Shown: piece by piece, positions 1 to 10,419 of the stretch
Layout of the letters: the number at the start of each line of letters is the position of its first letter
Position numbering within the stretch: position 1 is the stretch's first letter
Assembly (NCBI GenBank): GCA_047495785.1
Contig: JBLDXI010000015.1
Location: 992,001 to 1,056,000, forward strand
Length of the DNA: 64,000 nt
From: Lepidodermella squamata
Taxonomy: Eukaryota; Animalia; Gastrotricha
Direction: 5' to 3'
The notes under the pieces: model-generated
Databases searched by the model: none
What the model saw: only the letters and a program-made list of their open reading frames with translations
What the model was told of the DNA's origin: nothing
Made by a program: the position numbers and the translations under genes

Positions 1-1
1 C

Positions 2-652
2 GAGAGAATCCCGCCTAAAACGCCGCAGCCTTGGACGAAAATCTCAGGAAAAAAGCATATTGCTGCGGCTATATCGAATTGCATGAGTCAGAATTACAAT
101 AGAATAGGAATTCTTGAAGAGTTGCGAGGTCTCGGACTTGAAGTCGATATTTTTGGTAAATGTGGCTCAAAGACATGCACTGGTGTATTCCGTCCAGAAT
201 GTTATCACCGTTTCGAGAGTGGCTACCTGTTTTACGCCGCCTTCGAAAATTCCCTTTGCCAAGATTATGTCACGGAAAAGGCGTTCAACATCCTGGACTA
301 CAACATTGTCCCCATCGTTATAGGCGAGTCGAATTATTCCGCGATTTTGCCTCCGAAATCGTTTATTAACCTGCGAGACTTTAAATCTGCTCAAAGTTTT
401 GCTAGGTTCATTCTCCAACTTTCGCAGGATGAAGTGGCTTACAATTCGTATTTTGATTGGAAAGCCAACTATCGGTTGAAGAAGGAGCCATATAATAATA
501 TGTATTGCAAACCATGTCTGAAAATGCATGAGCACAGATCTATGAAACCGAGAGAAACAAAAATATATGAAGATCTAGATTCTTGGTGGCGGCTGCCTTG
601 CTCGGGCACAGCCCGAGTGTACCGCGGAAGGTTCTTACTGCTCATCATTTAG
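2..652 (+). CDS. Alpha-1,3-fucosyltransferase (GT10), 5'-truncated by window edge
   Basis: Frame is open from base 2 (…KKHIAAAISNCM…). Contains the GT10 motif FYAAFENSLCQDYVTEK, plus VPIVIG, LPPKSFIN and YNSYFDWK. Confidence 0.93.
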   Translation, partial: ERIPPKTPQPWTKISGKKHIAAAISNCMSQNYNRIGILEELRGLGLEVDIFGKCGSKTCTGVFRPECYHRFESGYLFYAAFENSLCQDYVTEKAFNILDYNIVPIVIGESNYSAILPPKSFINLRDFKSAQSFARFILQLSQDEVAYNSYFDWKANYRLKKEPYNNMYCKPCLKMHEHRSMKPRETKIYEDLDSWWRLPCSGTARVYRGRFLLLII

Positions 653-974
653 ATTTGATGTTCTATTTCGTTCGTTTTCAGTACTGAAAGCAATCATTGA
701 ATCATCAAGCAAGCGATGGCTAGGAAACAATCGATAAATCTCAATGGGTAATAATTTTACATCATGTTTTATGGAAAATATAGTTATCATTTAGGTTATT
801 GAATACTGTCAGCCTGTTATGACATTTCGGAATGTACGCCGATTTTATACACTAAGGGATGCATACAGGAATTAAACAGATTCCAATAAATCAAACATAC
901 TTCATTTCGTTTTTCGGTGTACCTTGGAACCTTTCGGCGTCATGGTTATACGTGTGCAGCTGTTGGGGCGCGAG

Positions 975-1551
975 TCCGAATTCTGCCCGTACGCATTCGG
1001 GCGGGCCCGTGTGCAGACGGGTAACATTGATTCGCCGCTCCGCACTCGGGCCGCTTAAGAACATGCCCATATGGGAGGTTTACCGTAAATTTAACAAATT
1101 CAATAGATTCACGCTTCACGGTACATGGGCCGGCCTATGCGTTGACCCGAGCACGGCGGAGAGCAATGGGAACCAGCGCAATTGTTAGGCGCTCGAGACG
1201 TACTCGGGGCGCCGGGTTTGTGCTGGGACTTCTTACAGTTATCGTGTAGGGCGTTGGTTGTAGGATGACCCAAGCCCGGCAGCCCAAGCCCGGAGGCCCG
1301 ATTCCAGAGGCTCGAGCCCGGCTGCCCTAATGCGTCACCTAACAATTGCGCTGCTTCCCATTGCTCTCCGCCGTGCTCGGGTCAACGCATAGGCCGGCCC
1401 GTGTACCTTGAAGCGTTATTCTTTCGAAATCGTTAAATTTACGGTAAACTGCGCATATGGGCCCGGCATAGACTGACCAGCGCGCGGAGTGGCGAAGTGC
1501 AGTTACCCGGTCGCATACGGGCCGGCCCGAACGCGTACGGGCCGATTCCGA
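975..1551. mobile_element. Foldback/MITE-like element with ~215-bp imperfect inverted arms
   Basis: 975-1189 is the reverse complement of 1338-1551 around a ~150-bp GC-rich spacer. A homologous partial copy lies at ~27786-28080. Confidence 0.75.
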
Positions 1552-1857
1552 TGAGCACATGAGGAGACCATTAAGCAGAATATTGACCTTTTTAACGAAG
1601 CGAGAAATTAAAAAAAAATTTGAGGGCATGTATAATTCGTATTATTTGGATACGTCCAATTTATGATACGCTCTGCAAGAGATTTGCAAGAGGCGGACTC
1701 AACTTTTCTAATCGATTTCATAAAATCCGTTGTTCTTTTCAAACATTATTTATTCGTTCCAAATCATAACATGTTATTATTACCCACTGGAAGCGTTCAA
1801 ATCATGAATAAATGGCGAGAAATATAACTGAACTTTAGACCGACCGGAGAATTTCCA

Positions 1858-2820
1858 TTATTTCTCATCGATGATCACTGGACTTGGGCAAGTGATAGGA
1901 AAAGGCTGGCCGTGGTAGTACTGGATATCGCAAAATTCATGAACCTGCGTCGCATTGTCAAAATACATCTGAACCGTGAGATACCGCAGCGGCGCATCGC
2001 CCCATCGCCTCTCATAAATCTTCTTCGAAGCCACAACCTCCCGGGCGAAATCGCGGATGCCAGGGTGCTCGCGGAAGGTCGGTACGTGGAGGATTTCGAA
2101 ATTGTTATAATAAATAGGCAGTAGAAATTCATCGCGATTCTCCTTCGGAAACTCGGGCAATTGATGCGTGAAGATCGAATCTCGGCGCGACGAAACGTAA
2201 TCATCCGTGAAGTTGACCAGGCCAACCGTGACGTAGGCCGGGTCATGCATCTGGTTCTTGAACGCGTACAAATACCCACGCGATTTCATGAATTTAAACA
2301 CGTCGTAGTTGATTTTCGATTGAACATTCGAATCCGCGTCGAATCGCCACATGTACTCGACGTCTTGCATGACTGGCTCGAAAAAGACCTTGGTGAACCA
2401 GAATTCGATCATGTTGAGGTACCCAAGCCCCCAGCGGGCCCAGATCGTGCAGTTCGGTGGCTGATATCCGAATTGAACCTCGACGAAATCGATCAGTTGA
2501 TGCTCGTCCACATCCATCCAAGATTTTGTCAGGCTGAAAAATTGCTCCTTTTCAACCGGCCCGTCGTAGAAAACGATGACAGGATATCGGTATTTCCGGT
2601 TGAAATTTTCGAAAAATTGGCGAAGTGATTCGCTAAGTTGGCTGTATCGGCTCGCCGTTGTTAGGTAGGCAATGACGCTTCGCAATTTTCGGTCGGATTT
2701 GACAGGCTGGTTCCCGGCCTGTCTCGGGCTAAAATAAACGAAGCTCGAGAAAACGATTACTGCCAAAGCGAAAATCGGCAATTTCGCTGCAATTCGATGC
2801 TGCCTCAGCTGATAAGCCAT
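1858..2820 (-). CDS. GT15 (KRE2/MNT1-like) alpha-1,2-mannosyltransferase-like, copy A
   Basis: N-terminal TM anchor, YPVIVF, YMWRFDADS, YYNNFEI and IYERRWGDAPLR (compare fungal GT15 NFEI…YERWGDAP). First ATG at 2820; no CDS introns. Confidence 0.88.
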   Translation of the reverse strand: MAYQLRQHRIAAKLPIFALAVIVFSSFVYFSPRQAGNQPVKSDRKLRSVIAYLTTASRYSQLSESLRQFFENFNRKYRYPVIVFYDGPVEKEQFFSLTKSWMDVDEHQLIDFVEVQFGYQPPNCTIWARWGLGYLNMIEFWFTKVFFEPVMQDVEYMWRFDADSNVQSKINYDVFKFMKSRGYLYAFKNQMHDPAYVTVGLVNFTDDYVSSRRDSIFTHQLPEFPKENRDEFLLPIYYNNFEILHVPTFREHPGIRDFAREVVASKKIYERRWGDAPLRYLTVQMYFDNATQVHEFCDIQYYHGQPFPITCPSPVIIDEK

Positions 2821-3363
2821 GACTAGATAAAACAAACAATTAAATTTGTAATTAAAATTCCAGTGTTCCGTTAATCTTAACGTGGTATAAAGATTTGAAA
2901 TATCCGCAAACTCCCGGCTGAGTAGTGAATCTCAAACGATAATAGGTGAAATGGAGCGAAGATTTAAAGCAGTTAGTTGAATAATGTAGCAGGATCATAC
3001 TTTTTAACCGTTGTGTTCAACAATTTTTTATTGTTTTTGAGAATTATTTTGAATGACGGTGTTCACTATTTTCGAAATGAACACGCGCTGCTCACGCCTC
3101 GAAATCGATTAAATAAGTTTGTGGTATGAGCTAAAAAATACCCACGTAAAATCAAAATAAAAAATCAAATGAAATTTCTTAATAATTTTTAGAATGCCTG
3201 CCGATAAAGAATTCTTGAGGAGGCAATTGAATTTTTTAAAATTTTTAATTGTATGTGTAACAATTCGAAGTCAAAATCTCTCTAGCATCAAATTGCGTAC
3301 ATATCACAGCAAATTTCAGATAAAGAAAAAATAACGAATAATTCTGAGATTAAAATTTTATTT

Positions 3364-4446
3364 TCATTCATCATCATCGTCATCATATAGAAGCAAGGAT
3401 ACGGCTTGTTTGATGATTTCTTCATCTATCACCGCACTCGGGCAAGTTCTCTTGAAATAGCCTTGATGTTCGTAGTCGAAGTCGCAAAATCCGTGGACTT
3501 GACTTGATCGATTCAAATACATAGCAACGGTTAGATACCGCAACGGCGCATCGCCCCACCGTTTTTCGTAAATTTGCATCGAATCAACTATTTGATTAGT
3601 AAAATCACGAATTCCAGGATGATCACGAAAAGTTGGGACATGAACTATTTCGAAATTGTTGTAGTAGCCAGGAAATGCGAATTTTCGTCTCTCAGTTTGA
3701 TTCGTCGGAAATTTCGGCAATTGCTCCACGAAAATCGTCGAATTTCGCCGTGAAACATAATTTTCCGTAAAATCAATCAACCCATTCGTAAAATCGAACA
3801 AATCAGTTGTATTCAATCGATAGCCATATTTCAAATTTTCCGATTTCATAAATTCAAAAATGTCGTATTTTATTTTCGATTTTATGCTTGAATCTGAGTC
3901 GAGGCGGAGGAAGTACTCAACGTCACGCATGGCTGGTTCGTTGAAAATTCGATGAAACCAAAAATCAATCATATGCCGATAACCGATAGGAAATCGATCG
4001 CCGTGCATCATGAGTTCAGGGTCGTAGATTTCGAGAAACTTCCGTGGAATTTTGAATTTAACTGCGTGAAATTCAATCAATGTTTCATCGTCTTCCTCGA
4101 GCCACTCCTCGGTTAAATTTCGAAATTTTTCCATTTCAAGCGGGCCGTCGTAGAAAATCAGGACAGGATATCGGTATTTCGAGTTAAAATATTTAAATAA
4201 CCGCCGTAGTGATGTTGACAACTGGTCGTAACGTCTCGCCCTTGTTAAATAGACGATTACATTTCGAGTTGGTGCATCGATCAAGTTGTCAGCAAATTTG
4301 ATTTCAGGCTCGATTGAAGCCGAGATCGGGCGTGAAGTCGGGCTGAAAATTGTGAAACCGATGAATAGGCCGATGCTGATTCCGATTAGGAAAATTGCAG
4401 GTACAATTATTCGATAATTAGGCCGATTTTTCGGAAAATTCGTCAT
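3364..4446 (-). CDS. GT15 mannosyltransferase-like, copy B
   Basis: TM anchor, GYRHMIDFW, YFLRLDSDS, YYNNFEI, IYEKRWGDAPLR; single-exon CDS. Confidence 0.9.
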   Translation of the reverse strand: MTNFPKNRPNYRIIVPAIFLIGISIGLFIGFTIFSPTSRPISASIEPEIKFADNLIDAPTRNVIVYLTRARRYDQLSTSLRRLFKYFNSKYRYPVLIFYDGPLEMEKFRNLTEEWLEEDDETLIEFHAVKFKIPRKFLEIYDPELMMHGDRFPIGYRHMIDFWFHRIFNEPAMRDVEYFLRLDSDSSIKSKIKYDIFEFMKSENLKYGYRLNTTDLFDFTNGLIDFTENYVSRRNSTIFVEQLPKFPTNQTERRKFAFPGYYNNFEIVHVPTFRDHPGIRDFTNQIVDSMQIYEKRWGDAPLRYLTVAMYLNRSSQVHGFCDFDYEHQGYFKRTCPSAVIDEEIIKQAVSLLLYDDDDDE

Positions 4447-4722
4447 AGCACCGAGATGGCCTAAGAAACGACAGGAAATAATGATCCAGAAATTACTACG
4501 TTGAAAATTATAAAAAAAAACGTACGATGATTTTTTTCAGAATGGAGAAAAAATAGAATAAAAAATTAATTGACACATTGCACCTTGTCTTTATGGCCTA
4601 ATAGCAGCTCGTCAAAATTTATTCGTGCGCGGCATTTATTTTTTAGCATAATGTTATCAAAAATAGGCATTTTGCCGATCGAATTTTTTTTTATAATATT
4701 GCCCGAAAAAAGAGAAACAAAT

Positions 4723-4758
4723 GGGAAAGGAAAGGAAAGGAAAGGAAAGGAAAGGAAA
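4723..4758 (+). repeat. (GGAAA)n microsatellite
   Basis: About seven tandem GGAAA units. Confidence 0.9.
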
Positions 4759-4817
4759 GAGGAATATAAAAGAAATACCAGAAATATAAAAATTTGGTAA
4801 GGAGTTCGAATCTGAAT

Positions 4818-5789
4818 TTATTTTGAAAAAACCGGACTGTTACAAGTCTTCAAATACATAGTCTGATGGTCGTAATCAAAGTCACAAAATCTATAAACTT
4901 GCGTCGTAACATTCAAATACATTTGAACAGTCAAATACCTCAATGGCGCATCGCCCCAGCGATTTTCGAAAATTTTCCCAGATTCAACAACTTCCCGCGT
5001 AAAATTCCGAATTCCAGGATGGTCGCGAAAAGTTGGCGCATGAATGATTTCAAAATTATTGTAGTAAGTCGGAACGTAAAAGTCGTTCTTGCCCGATTCC
5101 GTCGGCGGGAATTTCGGCATTTGCCGTTGAAAAATCGACTTGCGATGCCTGGCAACGTATTTCTCGGTAAAATCGACCAGACCTGCCGTCACTTCAGGCG
5201 CATCAGCTCCTTTCAACCGATATCCGTAAATAAATCCGTTCAATTTCATAAATTCGAAAATGTCGTAATTTAAGGCGGAACTAATTCGAGAATCTGAATC
5301 GAGACGTAGCAAATATTTGACATTTTGCATAGCTGGTTGATTAAACACTCTGCTGAACCAAAATTCGATCATACTTTTGTAGCCGAAATTTTCGATATTT
5401 TTTCCTGGAGTTTTATCGAATTTTACTTCGATGAATTTGATAAGATTAATGTCATCTTCTTTAAGCGATGAAGTGGCGATAATTTTTTTGAATTTTTCTA
5501 TTTCCAGCAGACCGTCGTAGAAAATAAGGACAGGATATTGGTATTTTCGGTTGAAATTTTCGAACAGAGAACTCAGCGATCCGACGAGTTGGCCGTACCG
5601 ATCGGCAGTTGTGAGATAAACGATAGCATTTCGTAAAGTTGCTTGTGAATTTTGATGAATATTTGGTGTGGTGATCGGGTCATCGGGAATTGTGATTTTG
5701 CCAGTCATGGAGAAGCAGACGTAAAATGTTGCGGCAATCAACATTGCACTTAGCTGCTTGAGTTGTTGTAGCCAGCCTTTAAAATCCAT
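4818..5789 (-). CDS. GT15 mannosyltransferase-like, copy C
   Basis: First ATG at 5789 (MDFKGW). TM anchor, YLLRLDSDS, YYNNFEI, IFENRWGDAPLR. Confidence 0.88.
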   Translation of the reverse strand: MDFKGWLQQLKQLSAMLIAATFYVCFSMTGKITIPDDPITTPNIHQNSQATLRNAIVYLTTADRYGQLVGSLSSLFENFNRKYQYPVLIFYDGLLEIEKFKKIIATSSLKEDDINLIKFIEVKFDKTPGKNIENFGYKSMIEFWFSRVFNQPAMQNVKYLLRLDSDSRISSALNYDIFEFMKLNGFIYGYRLKGADAPEVTAGLVDFTEKYVARHRKSIFQRQMPKFPPTESGKNDFYVPTYYNNFEIIHAPTFRDHPGIRNFTREVVESGKIFENRWGDAPLRYLTVQMYLNVTTQVYRFCDFDYDHQTMYLKTCNSPVFSK

Positions 5790-6019
5790 GATATTGGTAT
5801 AGGTAACAGTTGCCTTATTGAGTGTAAGACTTCTCTGTTCTAAAGCGCAAAACCTGGTCAAATTTGGAGTAATTCATGTGTGTGATGTGTGACCTTGGGA
5901 AATTCCAAGCCTTATTGCGATGCGAGCGTGACCTTTTGAACGCGCATGATTAAACTGCACCCGCCAGATGTTGCCTGCAGCACTTTATAGAGAACGTATT
6001 GCACACTTGTGATCTATGG

Positions 6020-6530
6020 GTCTATTTCACCGCCTTAAAAATTCGATTATCGAGGTCAGGATGCCCGAATGTTGCTCGTATGGGTGGTGGTCTCAAGCCA
6101 ACAAAAGTGCCACATTTTTAGGAAATCTTTGGTGTTTACATGGGAAAATCTTTAATTTTGAGCCTGATGAGCTACCCGAAATTCCGGTAAGAATAAAAGA
6201 AAACACCCCGAAAGATGCGAGAATCTCGGGCGCGTGCCCGTGAGTCAAGTGCAAGGCACCGGGGCCAGGCACATTGTGGAACCACTCGAAAGTCCAATCC
6301 CGACGCCTATTGGTAAAGAAGGACGTTTCCTTTCTCGAAAACTGGACGTAGTCTTTCGATTTTGAAGCATGTGTAAAGAGGTTTGCCTTAATTGAATCGG
6401 TTCCTTTGGCGGAAGCTTTCGGCTACCTATTTCAGGCCTTATCAGAACTCCCGAAGGCCCCATAGGTCTTTACAGGAGTGGCATTAGCTCTTCGCTCAAG
6501 GTTTATTGTGAGGAAATGACCAGAAATGTT
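6020..6530 (-). pseudogene. Possible decayed 3' end of a non-LTR retrotransposon
   Basis: Broken minus-strand frames with LTHGH…, ETTTH and …IIEFLRR*NR, reminiscent of LINE ORF2 C-termini. Weak. Confidence 0.25.
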
Positions 6531-6753
6531 CAAATAATCAGGCGATCAAGGGAGGGAGACAAGGTATAAAAGATCAAAAGTACTCAACAATGGCAATGGG
6601 CAATGGCAATGGCAATAGGCTTTCAGTTTCGATAACAAATAACAAGAAATAGGAAAACAGAAATGAGCTCGCGTTATTGGTGACTTGCGATACGTACTTG
6701 TACTTGAAATCTCAACTCTGACTTGAAACCTTGAAATCCAAATGAAAAAATTT

Positions 6754-6795
6754 GACATCTTATATGCAAAGCTCTACCACTGAGCTACATATCCA
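6754..6795 (-). pseudogene. tRNA-Ala(TGC) remnant
   Basis: GACATCTTATATGCAAAGCTCTACCACTGAGCTACAT matches the intact Ala gene at 8188-8259, with an internal deletion and no T arm. Confidence 0.75.
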
Positions 6796-6863
6796 CATGA
6801 TTTTAACGGGCCTAACAATAGTGGTATCCTTAGGTCAGTTTAGAGTAAGAAAAATGTTGGACG

Positions 6864-6936
6864 AGGTTCCGGCGGGGTTCGAACCCGCTACCTTCTCCGT
6901 GTGAAGGAGACGGGATAACCACTACACTACGGAACC
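6864..6936 (-). tRNA. tRNA-Val(CAC)
   Basis: GGTTCCG/CGGAACC acceptor, anticodon arm TCTCC-TT-CAC-AC-GGAGA, GGTTCGAAC T loop. Two substitutions relative to the copy at 8334. Confidence 0.88.
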
Positions 6937-7010
6937 TGGTTGCTAAATAGCTCTGGCGTCAAAAACTGGAGAATAAATAACCTGGTTCTTCTGCAAAGCC
7001 ATAACAAAAT

Positions 7011-7082
7011 TTCCCTGACCGGGAATCGAACCCGGGCCGCCGCGGTGAGAACGCGGAATCCTAACCACTAGACCATCAGGGA
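7011..7082 (-). tRNA. tRNA-Glu(CTC)
   Basis: TCCCTGA/TCAGGGA acceptor; anticodon arm CCGCG-TT-CTC-AC-CGCGG. Confidence 0.95.
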
Positions 7083-7160
7083 GGGTGAAAACTGAATCTG
7101 ACTATGGAATGCTACTTTCGTGAGGAATTAGGTTCCCTTTGCCATTGCAAAAGTTGAAGC

Positions 7161-7234
7161 TGCCCCCTGTGAGGATCGAACTCACGACCTCCAGATTATG
7201 AGACTGGCGCTCTAGCCAACTGAGCCAAGGAGGC
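7161..7234 (-). tRNA. tRNA-Met(CAT), elongator type
   Basis: GCCTCCT acceptor, CCAGT-CT-CAT-AA-TCTGG anticodon arm, TTCGATC T loop. Confidence 0.95.
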
Positions 7235-7300
7235 GCTTGTGGTCACCATGGGTCCCATTGTCATTTCCTAACTGAATGATTGATGTTAGGGGAAATAGAG

Positions 7301-7370
7301 AAGCCAAGGGGGATCGAACCCGTGACCTTCTGTTTACAAGACAGATGCTCTACCACCAAGCTACTGAGCC
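7301..7370 (-). pseudogene. tRNA-Thr(TGT), probably pseudogene
   Basis: Anticodon arm TCTGT-CT-TGT-AA-ACAGA is intact; the 3' T stem appears to lack ~2 nt and the acceptor stem is mispaired. Confidence 0.7.
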
Positions 7371-7436
7371 GGCTGATAGCTAAGCCAATTGTAGATTTTC
7401 GAAGATCCAGCGAGTTCATCATGACTAAAAAGTTGG

Positions 7437-7508
7437 CGACCCAGATGGGACTCGAACCCACAATCTCCGGCTCCGGAGGCCGACGCCTTACCATTAGGCC
7501 ACTAGGCC
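7437..7508 (-). tRNA. tRNA-Arg(CCG)
   Basis: GGCCTAG/CTGGGTC acceptor; TCGGC-CT-CCG-GA-GCCGG anticodon arm. Confidence 0.92.
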
Positions 7509-7680
7509 GGGACAATCATACGATTCTCTTCAGTTATATTCAATGAATAGACGCCTTGTTTTACTGCTTCAACGGTACTTACTTATTTTTCTTTCTGTTT
7601 TGTAATTTGCTTATTAGTTGAGACTATTAGGTCTTTTTTTAAATATACACGGGTGTGGGGGGATAGCCGTTCGCCACCAA

Positions 7681-7756
7681 GCTGCTATGCCCGAGTGGGG
7701 TCTGAATTGAAATCAGATGCGGTCTCCGCGCGCAGGTTCAAATCCTATTGGCAGCG
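7681..7756 (+). pseudogene. tRNA-Ser(TGA), probably pseudogene
   Basis: GCTGCTA/TGGCAGC acceptor, long variable arm, TCTGA-AT-TGA-AA-TCAGA anticodon arm; D arm is ~6 nt short. Confidence 0.75.
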
Positions 7757-8070
7757 ATAACATTTTTTGGGTTTCGATGTTGGCGATTTATCTGTCAAAT
7801 CCGATATATCAAGGCTGATACTGGTTTTTCAAATTCTAGTTCCCAACTACCAGTTATTTTCCTGCATCTTCGACCGAGAAAATAAAAGGAACAATTCGGA
7901 TGAATCCAGAAAACTTGTGAAATTGAGGTATCAGAGGAAAATATTTCAAGGTATGGCAGAGTCGGATTTATTTTCTTGTAAATGTTCAGCTCATCTCTGT
8001 TACTAGAAGCGAAACCAGTGTAAGCTTTACCTCAAAACTCACAGAGATGCTTTTAAAATGAAAAAGGGAA

Positions 8071-8125
8071 AGGTTCCGCCGGGGTTCGAACCCGTGACCT
8101 TCTGCGTGTAAAGCAGACGTGATAA
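8071..8125 (-). pseudogene. tRNA-Val(TAC), 5'-truncated
   Basis: TCTGC-TT-TAC-AC-GCAGA arm, T arm and 3' acceptor strand are present; the first ~18 nt are missing. Confidence 0.8.
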
Positions 8126-8187
8126 ATGGAAATCAAACTGCGATATTTGAATAAAGAGAATTTTTCGAACTTTTAGTTTCAAAAATT

Positions 8188-8259
8188 TGGAGATGCCGGG
8201 GTTTGAACCCGGGACATCTTACATGCAAAGCAAGCGCTCTACCACTGAGCTACATCCCC
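8188..8259 (-). tRNA. tRNA-Ala(TGC)
   Basis: GGGGATG/CATCTCC acceptor with G3:U70; CTTGC-TT-TGC-AT-GTAAG anticodon arm. Confidence 0.93.
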
Positions 8260-8333
8260 ACATGGAATAGAGCGACGAAAATCTGGTTTCAAATAGTAAT
8301 TGAACTCTGCCAGGGCTGGAAAAATGACGGACG

Positions 8334-8406
8334 AGGTTCCGGCGGGGTTCGAACCCGCGACCTTCTCCGTGTGAAGGAGACGTGATAACCACTACACTAC
8401 GGAACC
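8334..8406 (-). tRNA. tRNA-Val(CAC)
   Basis: Full cloverleaf with anticodon CAC. Confidence 0.93.
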
Positions 8407-8480
8407 TGGGTATAACATAGCTCAAGCACCAAACAAATGAGCGAATCATGAATATTTTGAGTACATAGCTGTATTAAAAG

Positions 8481-8526
8481 TTCCCTGACCGGGAATCGAA
8501 CACGGGAATCCTAACCACTGTAGGGA
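8481..8526 (-). pseudogene. tRNA-Glu remnant
   Basis: Matches 7011-7082 with the anticodon arm deleted. Confidence 0.8.
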
Positions 8527-8599
8527 GGATGAACCTAGAACCTAATTGGGGTGTGACTTTAGTTGGGAATCAGGATCCTAATTGTCAAAAAGGTGAAGC

Positions 8600-8673
8600 T
8601 GCCCCCTGTGAGGATCGAACTCACGACCTCCAGATTATGAGACTGGCGCTCTAGCCAACTGAGCCAAGGAGGC
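8600..8673 (-). tRNA. tRNA-Met(CAT), elongator type
   Basis: Identical to 7161-7234. Confidence 0.95.
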
Positions 8674-9378
8674 GCTTGTGGCTACTCGCCTCGCTGTGAA
8701 TCGGGAATTGATGAATAAACAAGAATAAAGAGGTCATAAGACACACACGCAAATTACCAACAGTATGAACCGCTATGTGAAGATGTTAAATAGCGTTAAC
8801 TTTATACGTCCCAAATTCTTAGAATTATTTGAAAATCAACATTTTTGCACATTTTCAGTTAGGTTCCGCAATTTTGGTTCCGCGTTCCGCTACAGCAAAG
8901 TTGGTTCCGCTTACCGTGAATTCGGTTACGCTAAAAGGTTACGCTTCGGTTATATTCTGACTGACGCTTAATCATAGCAACGGTCGTCAAAGGACTCGTT
9001 CTCCTTACCTGTAATATTTTCTGGCTTGATATTTTTACTTCAGGTGCATCTCGATGGTGCCGGCATGCAAGCATGGCCTCGGCCTTAGAATTCCGATAAC
9101 TCTACAAACTCAGGATTTTCGGACAGGTGAAACATGCGTTCTGCTCCATGTTTTCTCCCGTTTGTACTACCATGTTTTTTGCTTGCTTAGGCACTTCCCG
9201 GATAAAAAATTTCCGCGTTAGCAGTATGTAACTGTTTTGTTTCGATTCAGGCCCCGAACTATATAGATTAAAACGATTTATAAATTTAAAAGAAAATCCG
9301 CGGCAGAGAAAATAACTCTCATTTTATTTTTATCGGTCTTTAAATATCTAGTTGAAGTAAAATAATGAAAAATATTGT

Positions 9379-10419
9379 TCACATTTTCATCGCTTTCTCG
9401 AAAATTGAGAGTCCGATGTCGTCGAAAGCCGGACTTTCGCGTGTAGCCTTGAAATAGCCTTGATGCTCGTAGTCGATATCTCGAAATTTATGAACCTCAC
9501 TCGACGTATTCAGGTACATATGAACGGCTAGATACCGCAATGGCGCATCGCCCCATCGTTTCTCGTAAATCTGCATCGAATCAACAACTTGATTAGTGAA
9601 ATCACGAATCCCGGGATGATCGCGAAACGTTGGGACATGTAAAATTTCGAAATTGTTGTAGTAAGCTGGAAATTCGTAATTTTTCTGCTCCTGGAGTTCG
9701 AGAGGAAAATCAGGCATTTGACGCGTGAAAATCGTCGATTTTCGGCTTGAAACGTAATTCAACGTAAAGTTAATCAAACCATGCGTGACGTGATACGCGT
9801 CAGTGGTTTTGAGCCGATAGCCATATTTCAACTTATTCACAGCCATAAATTTGAATACATCATATTTAATCGTCGAATTGATGTTCGAATCCGAATCTAG
9901 CCGCCAGTAGTACTCGACGTCACGCATGGCTGGTTCGTTGAAAATTCGATGAAACCAAAAATCGATCATGTGCCGATAACCGATTGGCCACTGATCACCA
10001 TGCTCCATTAGTTCAGGGTCGTAAATTTCGAGAAAATTCCGCGGGACTTTGAATTTAATCGGGATAAATTCGAGAAGCCGCGCTTCGTTTAAATTCATCC
10101 AATTTTTCGTTAACTCCACGAATTTGCCCATCTCCAGCGGCCCGTCATAGAAAATGAGGACAGGATATCGGTATTTCGAGTTGAAATTTTCGAACAGGTG
10201 CTTCAGTGAAATTGCCAGTTTTTTGTAACGATTCGCCCGTGTTAGGTAGACGATTACATTGCGCAGCGGCGCAGGGTGACTCAAATTTGAGCTTTGAAAT
10301 TTCGAATGAAGATCTGGGCTGAATATGGTGAAGCAGAGAAGGAAACCAACGCCAAGGCCGATTGCGAAAATTGACAACAAAATCGCGTGGCTTGGCTTGT
10401 TTTTCAAATGATATGTCAT
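9379..10419 (-). CDS. GT15 mannosyltransferase-like, copy D
   Basis: Closest to copy B (FLEIYDPELM, GYRHMIDFWFHRIFNEPAMRDVEY, IYEKRWGDAPLR). Probable ATG at 10419, just after a TTTCAG acceptor. Confidence 0.9.
   Translation of the reverse strand: MTYHLKNKPSHAILLSIFAIGLGVGFLLCFTIFSPDLHSKFQSSNLSHPAPLRNVIVYLTRANRYKKLAISLKHLFENFNSKYRYPVLIFYDGPLEMGKFVELTKNWMNLNEARLLEFIPIKFKVPRNFLEIYDPELMEHGDQWPIGYRHMIDFWFHRIFNEPAMRDVEYYWRLDSDSNINSTIKYDVFKFMAVNKLKYGYRLKTTDAYHVTHGLINFTLNYVSSRKSTIFTRQMPDFPLELQEQKNYEFPAYYNNFEILHVPTFRDHPGIRDFTNQVVDSMQIYEKRWGDAPLRYLAVHMYLNTSSEVHKFRDIDYEHQGYFKATRESPAFDDIGLSIFEKAMKM

Noticed and set aside
859-1629. Similar ORFs on opposite strands (859-1188, 1339-1629) and 27830-28024
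   Set aside because: The similarity comes from the inverted-repeat arms of a non-coding element.
7261-8449. ORFs 7261-7515, 7280-7546, 8203-8385 and 8219-8449
   Set aside because: They are translations of tRNA genes.
8860-8950. GGTTCCGC short repeats (also ~15711 and ~38088)
   Set aside because: Probably fragments of a dispersed repeat; too short to define.
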